Shown: one piece after another, positions 1 through 8,935 of the stretch
Position numbering within the stretch: position 1 is the stretch's first letter
Layout of the letters: each line of letters starts with the position of its first letter
Assembly: GCA_038046765.1 (NCBI GenBank)
Contig: JBBSVN010000008.1
Span: 1 to 60,576, forward strand
Direction of reading: 5' to 3'
DNA: 60,576 nt
From: Candidatus Micrarchaeota archaeon
GTDB taxonomy: Archaea; Micrarchaeota; Micrarchaeia; Anstonellales; Bilamarchaeaceae
Notes under the pieces: generated by a model
What the model was told of the DNA's origin: nothing
The model's input: only the letters and a program-made list of their open reading frames with translations
The model's database searches: none
Made by a program: the position numbers and the translations under genes

Positions 1-2
1 CT

Positions 3-1382
3 GATAATGTGAATAATTCAGTAAATACTTCAACATATAGGTTTACAATAAGTATTCCAGTATCTGCATCTCGTTCTTCAAGCAGCAGTCCACCAAAAGC
101 ATTAACTTCTGAATTTGTGAGTGTATCTGCCAGTGTAGTTTGTCCAAACACATTACATATATCTACCCTGCCGGGAGCAATTGTTGATGTAATACTAACT
201 TCACCATATGAAGGAAATGTTTTAAGTGCAAACGCAGATTCTAGCGGGAAATTAAACTTAGACCTTGTTAAACACGGGACTTACGAAGTTGATGCTAGAA
301 AATCCGGTTATCAGATGCCGCTTCCAACAACGGTTTCTTTTACTTCTGAGTCTTGCCCTACAGTCGAGCTATTATCAAATGAAACTTTACAAAACGAAAC
401 ATTGCTATTAAACGAAACATCCAACGAAACAAAAATCATTGATAGTTGCGGTAATGGCATTTGTGAATATTCACTTAATGAAAGCAGGACAAGTTGCGAT
501 ATTGATTGTAATTTCTGTGGAAATAACCTTATAGATATAGGGGAAATATGTGATGGCTCTGATTTAGGTGGACAAACATGCTTTACAAATAGGTACATAG
601 GTGGAGAACTAAGGTGCAAAGATGACTGCTTAGGCTACAATACAGAATTATGTGTCAATTATCCATCCTGCTTAATTATCCATGATAAATACGGTTATGT
701 TGGTGAAAAACGACTTATTAGATTAGTAACTCCAAATGGAGAAAGTTGTGCCAGAGTTGAAGTTAATGTAAAAGATCCAAAGGGGGAAAAATTATCTGCA
801 GTAACTAGTTTAAACGGAGAACTGTTTGCAGAACTAGATACAGTTGGAGTCTATTCAATAACTCTTCCATTTGACCTTACCAAGTATAGCTCAATTCAGG
901 CAATAAACGCTAAACCTTCAGTTGATACATGCGAAATTGTTGCTGATCAAAATGTACTTGTTGGTAAGGCCTTTAAGATAAAACTTCAAAGTAAACAAGG
1001 TCCTTGTGTTGATACATTAATAAAAATTACTTACCCTGATAAAAAAACGGTTATAGAAAAAACTTCGGCATCTGGTGAACTTTCAATTATGGCCGCATTA
1101 AAGGGAGATTATAAAATACAATTATTATCTTCACATGAAGGCGTGGTTGTTTCAACAAAACAAATAACTGCAATTTCTGAATCAGAATATGCCAAAGTAT
1201 CTGCTAAATCATCTTTCCTAGAAATTCCAAATGTAGTTCAAGCAGTTTCATCTTTCTACAAATCCCCAAGCGTTGCAAATATTGGTGCAAGCATATTTAT
1301 TATCCTATTTGCAGTTCTTATTCTGCTACGTGCTGGTATTTTAAAATTTGGCAAAGCAGGTTCTTCAAGGTTTAAAAAATAA
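3..1382 (+). CDS. Surface protein, 5'-partial: Cys-rich CGNG..E repeats, Ig-like domains, C-terminal TM anchor
   Basis: Frame is open back to the window edge; CGNGICE..SC..DC and CGNNLIDIGEICDG motifs; hydrophobic C-terminal helix followed by a basic tail. Confidence 0.75.
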   Translation, partial: DNVNNSVNTSTYRFTISIPVSASRSSSSSPPKALTSEFVSVSASVVCPNTLHISTLPGAIVDVILTSPYEGNVLSANADSSGKLNLDLVKHGTYEVDARKSGYQMPLPTTVSFTSESCPTVELLSNETLQNETLLLNETSNETKIIDSCGNGICEYSLNESRTSCDIDCNFCGNNLIDIGEICDGSDLGGQTCFTNRYIGGELRCKDDCLGYNTELCVNYPSCLIIHDKYGYVGEKRLIRLVTPNGESCARVEVNVKDPKGEKLSAVTSLNGELFAELDTVGVYSITLPFDLTKYSSIQAINAKPSVDTCEIVADQNVLVGKAFKIKLQSKQGPCVDTLIKITYPDKKTVIEKTSASGELSIMAALKGDYKIQLLSSHEGVVVSTKQITAISESEYAKVSAKSSFLEIPNVVQAVSSFYKSPSVANIGASIFIILFAVLILLRAGILKFGKAGSSRFKK

Positions 1383-2062
1383 TGGCAATTAGTCACATTT
1401 TCTTTGATATCGACGATACTCTTTTTCCAAGCACATTATTCGCAAAACGAGCAAGGGAGAATGCGGTTAGTGCATTAATCAAATTGGGAGTTAAAAAAGA
1501 TAAAAAAATACTTTATAACATGCTCATGGATATTGTTCGTGAGAAAGGCTCCAATTATCCTGGTCATTTTGATGATCTATGTATAAAGCTGCAATTAACT
1601 CCGATTGCGAAATACATTGCGGGAGCAGTTGGGGCATATCATGAAACTAAACTTTCGATTAAACCCTTTTTTAGTGTACGTACTATATTAAAAAATCTTA
1701 AGAAAAACAAATACAAATTATATATTGCTACAAATGGGCTCGCAATAAAGCAATGGGATAAATTAATTCTTATGGGTCTGCATGATTATTTCGAAGATGT
1801 TTTTGTAAGCGAGGATCTTGGTGTAGAAAAGAGTTCGGAGTTTTTTAAGTTAGTTACACTTAAATTAAACGTAAAAGCCAAAGACTGCTTAATGGTTGGT
1901 GATAAAGAAGAAGCAGATATACTAAGTGCAAAAGAATTTGGTATGCATACTGTTAAATTAGACAATTACCATTCGTCCAAATCAAAAATTAATCTAAAAA
2001 CTGCAGCAGATTCACTAATTTTCAATATGGTTGAACTTCCTGTAATTATTAAAAAGCTTTAG
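1382..2062 (+). CDS. HAD-superfamily hydrolase (archaeal type)
   Basis: FFDIDDTL motif I, ATNG, K, MVGD..EAD motif IV. Confidence 0.9.
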   Translation: MAISHIFFDIDDTLFPSTLFAKRARENAVSALIKLGVKKDKKILYNMLMDIVREKGSNYPGHFDDLCIKLQLTPIAKYIAGAVGAYHETKLSIKPFFSVRTILKNLKKNKYKLYIATNGLAIKQWDKLILMGLHDYFEDVFVSEDLGVEKSSEFFKLVTLKLNVKAKDCLMVGDKEEADILSAKEFGMHTVKLDNYHSSKSKINLKTAADSLIFNMVELPVIIKKL

Positions 2063-2078
2063 TGACAAATCTGATAGT

Positions 2079-2939
2079 ATGTTTTCTATTAACAAAAAAT
2101 TTTTGATTATACTTGGAATAGGGTTTTTACTATTTTTGTTTGGCTGTGCCAGCGTTGGGCCAAAGCAATGTTCCAAAGATACTGAATGTAAAAATTATCA
2201 GTTTTGCAACATTGCTGCAAAACAATGCGAACTTAAAGTTAACTCTTGCGAAGTCACTGCTGATTGTAAGGATAATTTGATGTCGTGTAACGTTAAAAAT
2301 TTCACGTGTGAATTCGAGGCAGGTAAATGCAGGTATGATGCGGATTGTTCAAACTGGCAGATTTGCGGTAATAATAATAGTTGTGTTACAGCGCAAGGGT
2401 TTTGTGCAACTAGTGCAGACTGCGATCAAAAAATAAATATCTGTAATCCTCAAACTAATAAATGTAATGTAAGGCCTGGTTTATGTCAGACTAATTTAGA
2501 CTGTAAAGGATACGAGACATGCTTACAAGACCAAAAGAGATGCGTACTATTACCTAATCGATGCAGTGTTGATAACGATTGTAGTACATTCCAGTCATGC
2601 GATGTAAAAACAAACTATTGTAAACCAAAAACCGGATTCTGCAATAACGACTTGGATTGCGGAACTTATGCTACATGCGACAGTAGTCAAAAGTGCGTTG
2701 CAAGGCAAGGTTACTGCCTGGCAGATAATGAATGTGCTTACTGGGAATTTTGTGATTCTAAATCTACTAATAAATGTGTCTCAAAGCGTGGAATGTGCAA
2801 TGTAGATTCTGACTGCTTTAATTATGAATTATGTGATGGTAGTGTGCATATCTGTAAGGCGAAAATCGGGCGATGCAACAGTAATAAAGATTGCGTAACT
2901 GGCGAAGTTTGCGATCAGACTAATAATATATGTAAATAG
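2079..2939 (+). CDS. Cys-rich repeat lipoprotein
   Basis: Lipobox LFGC; about 10 tandem C-x2-D-x-DC-x3-Q/E-x-C-x6-C repeats. Confidence 0.8.
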   Translation: MFSINKKFLIILGIGFLLFLFGCASVGPKQCSKDTECKNYQFCNIAAKQCELKVNSCEVTADCKDNLMSCNVKNFTCEFEAGKCRYDADCSNWQICGNNNSCVTAQGFCATSADCDQKINICNPQTNKCNVRPGLCQTNLDCKGYETCLQDQKRCVLLPNRCSVDNDCSTFQSCDVKTNYCKPKTGFCNNDLDCGTYATCDSSQKCVARQGYCLADNECAYWEFCDSKSTNKCVSKRGMCNVDSDCFNYELCDGSVHICKAKIGRCNSNKDCVTGEVCDQTNNICK

Positions 2940-3021
2940 CTTTGAGCTTTGGGCTATTGAGCAATGAGCAACGCACGGATTATTTGTGGCTCAGTGCCTC
3001 AGGCGCACTGCACAAGGCTCA
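2938..3021. repeat. Heptamer-period inverted repeat element (TGAGCNN family), copy 1
   Basis: agctttg-agctttg-ggctattg-agcaatg-agc left arm; gctca/gcgca/gcaca/gctca right arm. Confidence 0.8.
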
Positions 3022-3051
3022 TTTTAAATTCTTTCTTTCTTATTTCTCTTT

Positions 3052-5142
3052 ATGAAAACTAAATTGTTATTTTTGTTCGGAATTTTGTTTGTTCTTTTTG
3101 GAGTAGTTAATGCTACTATTGGCATTACAGTCAATTCACCTGCTAACAATGCAAGATTTAGCCAAGGTCCCTATTCATTTACCTTTGTCGCAACTAATAC
3201 AAACTTTCAAACTTTTTCATGTGCAACTATGCTAGCAGGTAGAAGCCCAACTGGTTCTTCTTATGGAAATTTTAGGATTAATAATAATAACGCACAAAGC
3301 GGAGCTACAACTACTAATTCCGTACCAAGCCTAAACGAAGGATATTACTCCTGGTGGATTAGTTGTAGTAATCCTGATGGTAGCGAAGTAACTAACAGTA
3401 CTAACTACGACCTAACTATCGATCGAACTGAGCCAAGTATAACTCTAGTTTCTCCAACAGATAGTTTGACACTAACTAATCCTAATACAAATTTCAATTT
3501 CATTCCATCCGACAACATTGATAATTCACTTTACTGTTCCCTTTGGATTGATGGAATTCAAAAAGCAGTCAATACTCAAACTCTTTCAAATACTCAAGCA
3601 ACTTTAAGTCCGCCTTCTATTGCAAATGGCCAACACAGTTGGCATGTAGAATGCTTTGATGATGCTGGAAATGGGGGTAGAAGTCGAACTAATACTTTTG
3701 TAATGAATAGTCCACCTGCGCAAATCCCTATGATTTTAACTATTCTTGAGCCTGTACGTGAATACAATACGACTACACGTAACGTTGGTGTCTATTTTAG
3801 AATGAATGGGCCATCCTCAACAACTTGTTCTGTATTTACAAATGGTGTAAATACAAATACTGGAACTGCTTCGAATAATATACCTGTTACGATTGGTTTG
3901 GGGTTAACTAATCAAGGGAGGTACAGTTATTATGTTGAATGTGCTGATGCTCAAAATAATCGAGCAAGAAGTGAAACTCAATTTATCAATTATGATTCAA
4001 CTGCGCCTGTTATTTCATTAATTAGTCCAAATAATGGTGCATCTATACTTACTGGTACTACAAGTTTTACTATGACTGCAAGTGATAACGTCTATACTGT
4101 ATTTAGCTGTTCGCTTAAAATTGACGGCGCAGTTGTGAGTACTTTTGATGTTTCAAATAATACGCTTAAGGATATTCGTTATTCCATCGTAAATGCTAGA
4201 AGTAGCTCCTGGCATGTTACATGCACTGATCCTGCTGGTAATATTGGCACTAGTGGAATTAGGACGTTTACATCTACAAATCCGCAGCAACCAGCACCAC
4301 AACCAACTCCAGGAGGGTACACATTTCTTACTCTTTCATACAGTTTAACTTGCACAAATAATCGAATAACTGTTCTTAGTAATGGTGTCCCTATTGCAAA
4401 TGCTCATGTAATTGTTTGGGAAGTAAAGCCTGATGGCTCTTATAGCGGTCTTTATGAAGCTGATACTGAACAAGCGGGTGAAGTTCGATTTCCCGGGTGC
4501 GGTAAACACATTTTTATTAATGCAACAAAATCTGGGTATAGTACGGTAAGCACGGGGTTAGAATTAATTGCGTGTGGACAGTGTTCTGGTGCAGTTCAAA
4601 ATCAAAGTCCGACAAATCAAACTCCTGCTAGTTCATGTACTTTGGATAGTGATTGTTCGTTAAATCAGGTTTGTTTAAATCATTCTTGCGTTGCACAAAG
4701 TCAACCTACCCCAACACCCGAACCACAGCCAACACCAGAACCAACACCTGTAAAACAGTTGGTACTGCAAACTCCTGCGTCCGCACAAGTAGGTCAAGTT
4801 ATTGAAGCTAAAGTTGTTTGTGATAACTGCGAAGTTAGAATTACTGATCCCCAAAATCAGACCAAAAAAGAGACTCTTGTAGAATCTGCAATTTATAAAA
4901 TTTCTATTAAATCTGCTGGATTTTATAAAGTTGAAATCGTAAAAGACGGCGTTGTGCTTAAATCCGCAACAATAACTGCAACTGGAGAACCTAGTATATT
5001 CGCGGGCCTTTTAAATAATAATCTTTTAGTTCCAGCGGGCTTAGGTTTGGTTTTGCTTGTTGTTATTGCGGTTGTAGCATATATTTTACTTAAGAAAAAG
5101 CCGCCTGCAAAATCCGTACCTGATAGTAAGCCAAGTGTTTAA
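3052..5142 (+). CDS. Secreted Ig-like repeat surface protein with Pro/Thr linker and C-terminal TM anchor
   Basis: Signal peptide; four roughly 95-aa repeats (D.T.P.I.L.SP...W...C.D..GN); PTPTPEP linker; TM followed by KKK. Confidence 0.8.
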   Translation: MKTKLLFLFGILFVLFGVVNATIGITVNSPANNARFSQGPYSFTFVATNTNFQTFSCATMLAGRSPTGSSYGNFRINNNNAQSGATTTNSVPSLNEGYYSWWISCSNPDGSEVTNSTNYDLTIDRTEPSITLVSPTDSLTLTNPNTNFNFIPSDNIDNSLYCSLWIDGIQKAVNTQTLSNTQATLSPPSIANGQHSWHVECFDDAGNGGRSRTNTFVMNSPPAQIPMILTILEPVREYNTTTRNVGVYFRMNGPSSTTCSVFTNGVNTNTGTASNNIPVTIGLGLTNQGRYSYYVECADAQNNRARSETQFINYDSTAPVISLISPNNGASILTGTTSFTMTASDNVYTVFSCSLKIDGAVVSTFDVSNNTLKDIRYSIVNARSSSWHVTCTDPAGNIGTSGIRTFTSTNPQQPAPQPTPGGYTFLTLSYSLTCTNNRITVLSNGVPIANAHVIVWEVKPDGSYSGLYEADTEQAGEVRFPGCGKHIFINATKSGYSTVSTGLELIACGQCSGAVQNQSPTNQTPASSCTLDSDCSLNQVCLNHSCVAQSQPTPTPEPQPTPEPTPVKQLVLQTPASAQVGQVIEAKVVCDNCEVRITDPQNQTKKETLVESAIYKISIKSAGFYKVEIVKDGVVLKSATITATGEPSIFAGLLNNNLLVPAGLGLVLLVVIAVVAYILLKKKPPAKSVPDSKPSV

Positions 5143-5147
5143 TTTTT

Positions 5148-6260
5148 CTATTTTTCTTTAATCATTTTTCGTTCATAATTGAATTCTCGTATGTCTCTAT
5201 CTTTTTGTATTTGTTCCTCATCTTTAAGAACTGAAGCGAAGTAGATTGTAGCTCTCTGTTTTGCACCTGGTTTTATTCCTCTTATCATTAATTGATATTC
5301 TGCTTTATAACAAACACTTCTTACTAAATCGTCAATATATATCCCTTCTTTTTGCTTTTCGAGTACCTTGATAAACGGTTTAGAAAATACACCTGTACAC
5401 GTTTGTTTTTCCTCTTGAGAAACTGCAACTGCCGAATTCGCAGGAATATTTTGCATATAATACCAACCATAACAGCAATCAAAAATCATCATTTTTCTTG
5501 CCCGTATATTAGAAACTAAATCGTATAGTTCATTAACTCCAATTTTTCTGTCCTTTAAAACTAGTTCTCCTTTGCTTGATCCATGGCCTAAATACATTAA
5601 AAGAAAATAATCACATTCTCTTAATCTGCTAGAATATTCGTACAATTTCTCTGTTAACTGTCTAGAACTTACCTGACCTTTAAGTAGGCCAACTTCAAAA
5701 CCTCTATGAGTTAAAGTAGCTTTAAGTTCTTCTGCTGTTTGCCGGTCATCAAATAGACTTCCATCAGGGTCTGCAACTATCAACCCTATGTAGTGTGTTT
5801 TTTTCTCAATTTCTTTAAATACGAATTCAATAAAATGATCATATTTTTCACTTAATTTAAATGAAACTATATCTCCGTGACTAACTAATGTTGGTCTTCC
5901 CGGTTCAATATACTGCTCGTTTATCCTAGTTCCATTTATGCTAAATAAATCAACTATTCCATAACCCGTTTCTTGATGTTCTGGTACTTGGAACAAAACC
6001 TGCCTTCTAGATACCCAGGCTGTTACATCTGTAAGACCAAGTTCCAGAGTTCTATTTTCATAAGTTTTTCTTAACTTATCGAATGAGATTGTTCTATTAT
6101 TTCTCACTCCTTTATTTGAATGATCTTTTCCACTTATTCTCCTTTCCCATATTCCAAATAATTCAGAATCAGAAATATTACTAGCTCTACCAATTACAGT
6201 ATTCCCGTCCAAGTAGAATTCTCTGTTTGTACTTTTTTGAACTAGCTTCGCGTAGCGCAT
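5148..6260 (-). CDS. FHA domain fused to caspase-like (C14) peptidase
   Basis: FHA motifs VIGR, VSRRQ, DLFSINGTRIN; caspase dyad motifs LMYLGHGS and IFDCCYG. Confidence 0.7.
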   Translation of the reverse strand: MRYAKLVQKSTNREFYLDGNTVIGRASNISDSELFGIWERRISGKDHSNKGVRNNRTISFDKLRKTYENRTLELGLTDVTAWVSRRQVLFQVPEHQETGYGIVDLFSINGTRINEQYIEPGRPTLVSHGDIVSFKLSEKYDHFIEFVFKEIEKKTHYIGLIVADPDGSLFDDRQTAEELKATLTHRGFEVGLLKGQVSSRQLTEKLYEYSSRLRECDYFLLMYLGHGSSKGELVLKDRKIGVNELYDLVSNIRARKMMIFDCCYGWYYMQNIPANSAVAVSQEEKQTCTGVFSKPFIKVLEKQKEGIYIDDLVRSVCYKAEYQLMIRGIKPGAKQRATIYFASVLKDEEQIQKDRDIREFNYERKMIKEK

Positions 6261-6379
6261 TATTTATACTATATGTGGTAACATTTATAAATAACTGTAA
6301 TTGTAATATTAATTCCAAATCTTTATAATTTGCGGTTGTATAATTTATTTATATAAGAAAAATATTCGGTGTGTACATC

Positions 6380-7633
6380 ATGAAAGCAGTCATATTCGCA
6401 GGAGGATCTGGATCACGACTTAAGCCTTTAACTAATACTCGCCCAAAAGTTATGCTGCAAGCAGCTGGAAAACCAATTCTTTATTATGTATTAAAAATTG
6501 TAAAAGACGCTGGAATTAATGAAGCAGTAATCGTAGTCCGAGACATGAAAGAACAAATAATTTCCTATTTTTCTGACCTAAATGTGCAAAAACAACTTGG
6601 CATGAAACTAGAATTCGTTGATCAAGGTAAAGACTATGGAACTGCTAAAGCACTCCTAGCTGCAGAGTCAAAAATTAACTCTACATTCGTTGCATTAGCT
6701 GCGGATTTAGTAGAACCAAGTGCGATAAAAGCAGTAATTAAAGCGCATAATCCAAAGAAATCTGAATCTACAATGTGCTTAACTAAAGTAAAAGAACCAA
6801 AGCGTTATGGGGTAATTGAACTAGATAAAGAAAACAAAGTAATTGGTTTAGAAGAAAAACCAGAAAAACCTAAAAGCGATTTAGTAAATATTTCTGTTTA
6901 TTGTTTTGAACCTACAATATTTGCAAAACTGAAAAAAATTAAACCTAGCTCGCGCGGGGAATATGAAATAACCGAGTGTCTAATTGGTTCAACTGGAGTA
7001 ATCTATTCGGGTTACTGGCTAGATATCGCTTACCCTTGGGATTTATTTGACGCAAATGAATATTTACTCTCGCAAATGGATGGAATTGAGAATGGCGAAA
7101 TAGAAAATTCGACTATTAAGGGTAAAGTAATTTTAGAAAAAGGAGCAAAACTAATTAATAGTTATGTTGAAGGCTTTTCGTACATTAGCGAAGGCTGTGA
7201 AATTTCTAATGTTAATTTACGTGGCATAAATAGCTTTGGAAAAAATTGTCATATTGGCGGTTTTACTAATATAAAAAATAGTATTCTATTTGATAATGTA
7301 AATGCAAAACATCTTACTTATATCGGAGATAGCATAATTGGAGAAGGAGTTAATTTTGGATCTGGTACTCAAACTGCAAATTTAAGGTTTGACGAAGACT
7401 CAATAAACGTTGAAACAGAAAAGGGTTGGGTCAATACCAAGAAGAAAAAATTAGGCGCAATAATTGGCGATAATGTAAAATTTGGAGTTAATGTATGTAT
7501 CATGCCAGGTAAAATAATCGGTGAAAACTGCTGGATCGGAACGGTTGTAATAAATAAGAATATTAAACCGAATACGCATGTTTATTTGAAACAGGAATTA
7601 AACGAGTACATGGAGAAAAAGAAAGAAAAATAA
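6380..7633 (+). CDS. glmU: Bifunctional sugar-1-phosphate nucleotidyltransferase/acetyltransferase (archaeal GlmU-like)
   Basis: AGGSGSRLKPLT..RPK; EEKP; hexapeptide repeats; HLTYIGDS; GGTG RBS before the ATG at 6380. Confidence 0.85.
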   Translation: MKAVIFAGGSGSRLKPLTNTRPKVMLQAAGKPILYYVLKIVKDAGINEAVIVVRDMKEQIISYFSDLNVQKQLGMKLEFVDQGKDYGTAKALLAAESKINSTFVALAADLVEPSAIKAVIKAHNPKKSESTMCLTKVKEPKRYGVIELDKENKVIGLEEKPEKPKSDLVNISVYCFEPTIFAKLKKIKPSSRGEYEITECLIGSTGVIYSGYWLDIAYPWDLFDANEYLLSQMDGIENGEIENSTIKGKVILEKGAKLINSYVEGFSYISEGCEISNVNLRGINSFGKNCHIGGFTNIKNSILFDNVNAKHLTYIGDSIIGEGVNFGSGTQTANLRFDEDSINVETEKGWVNTKKKKLGAIIGDNVKFGVNVCIMPGKIIGENCWIGTVVINKNIKPNTHVYLKQELNEYMEKKKEK

Positions 7634-7658
7634 AAAGTAATTTTTCGAGCGTGAATTA

Positions 7659-8135
7659 TTGCACCTTATAATCGGAATTGACCCCGGAATAAATGTTGGT
7701 TACGCTGCACTTAATTTAGATGGAAAATTAATTACTTGCGGTTGTGTTAGAGATGCAAATGAAGAAGATATTGTAAAATTAATCTCCCGATTTGGTATTC
7801 CATCTATAACTGGTTCGGATGTAACGCCCCCGCCTAATTTTGTTTCCAAAATCGCTGCGCGTTTTAATGTTAAAGTAATTTTTCCTAAAGAAAGCATGCA
7901 AACTGATCAAAAGAAAAAAATTGCAAAAAATATATCTGACCCCCATACAAGAGATGCATATTCAGCTGCAGTTAAAGCATATCGATTTTATGCTAATCGT
8001 TTACGACAAATTGACAAGTTAGAAACGAATCTGGATAAGGATAAATTAAAACATGCGATAATTCAAGGGATTCCTATCGGACAAATTATAAAAACAGGAA
8101 ATTATAAAATTGAAAAAGAAAGAAATAGGACATAA
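7659..8135 (+). CDS. DUF460-like RNase H-fold protein (short form)
   Basis: IIGIDPG, SDVTPPP and H.RDA..AA motifs. Confidence 0.75.
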   Translation: MHLIIGIDPGINVGYAALNLDGKLITCGCVRDANEEDIVKLISRFGIPSITGSDVTPPPNFVSKIAARFNVKVIFPKESMQTDQKKKIAKNISDPHTRDAYSAAVKAYRFYANRLRQIDKLETNLDKDKLKHAIIQGIPIGQIIKTGNYKIEKERNRT

Positions 8136-8152
8136 GAATTCTAAATCTAAAA

Positions 8153-8752
8153 TCATGGTTGTTGTTCGCTAACTAGAAAGTCGATGATTAATTTATATCC
8201 GATAAGTTGTCCAAATAAATTTTCGTCTCCTTCCATAGCTCCGTACTTCGTATATAATCTCTGGGCGCATGCTAAAGGGGTCTCTTCGATATTGATTCCT
8301 AGTTTACCTGTTACTGGTTCTTTATTTGTTACTGTTTTATCTAGTTTAGGATTACTCCATAATAATTTAAATGCTTCAAAGTCGCCCATCATGATTGCCA
8401 GAAATATGGCGGGAGTCCCAGGTAATTTTACTCTCTTTCCATTCCCCATATCTATAGTTGATCCTGCTTTATTTGTTGCGTTGACATCCGCTCCTTGCCT
8501 AATTGCATCAGTAATTACCTCTAAGTGTGATTCAGTTTTACTGGGGTTTAATAGTGCACTTAAAAGAACGTTGTTGGGGGTTAATGCCATTTTCCATCTA
8601 ATCGAATCTATTATTGGAGTTATCATAACTGGTTCTGTTTTGGGTGGTATATTCCATCTAGCTTGGCCTGTTTTAGGTTCACTTATTCCGCTACCATTAC
8701 CATTTCTTGGTACTGGCATATCCTTTGCAATCACAACTGTCAATATTTTCAC
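8153..8752 (-). CDS. Ankyrin-repeat protein
   Basis: GADVNATN, TPAIFLA and ETPLACA ankyrin-like motifs. Confidence 0.65.
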   Translation of the reverse strand: MKILTVVIAKDMPVPRNGNGSGISEPKTGQARWNIPPKTEPVMITPIIDSIRWKMALTPNNVLLSALLNPSKTESHLEVITDAIRQGADVNATNKAGSTIDMGNGKRVKLPGTPAIFLAIMMGDFEAFKLLWSNPKLDKTVTNKEPVTGKLGINIEETPLACAQRLYTKYGAMEGDENLFGQLIGYKLIIDFLVSEQQP

Positions 8753-8935
8753 CTTATAAGAATTATTTTAATCCAATTTCTATTTACAAAATATGTTTAC
8801 AAATCCTTATAAATATACCCTTTGCAACATAATTTCTAATAGCTCAATAACAATTGTCGCTATAAGCTAATATTTATAATTTAACACATTCTAATTGTTA
8901 TTATACTTTATTAGTGTTAATCAGCTCGTGAGCTT

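Noticed and set aside
8184..8759. Long antisense ORFs (also 22865-23344, 40000-40446, 53974-54702, 44243-44581, 27071-27433)
   Set aside because: Shadows of well-supported genes on the opposite strand or spanning promoter regions; no recognisable motifs.
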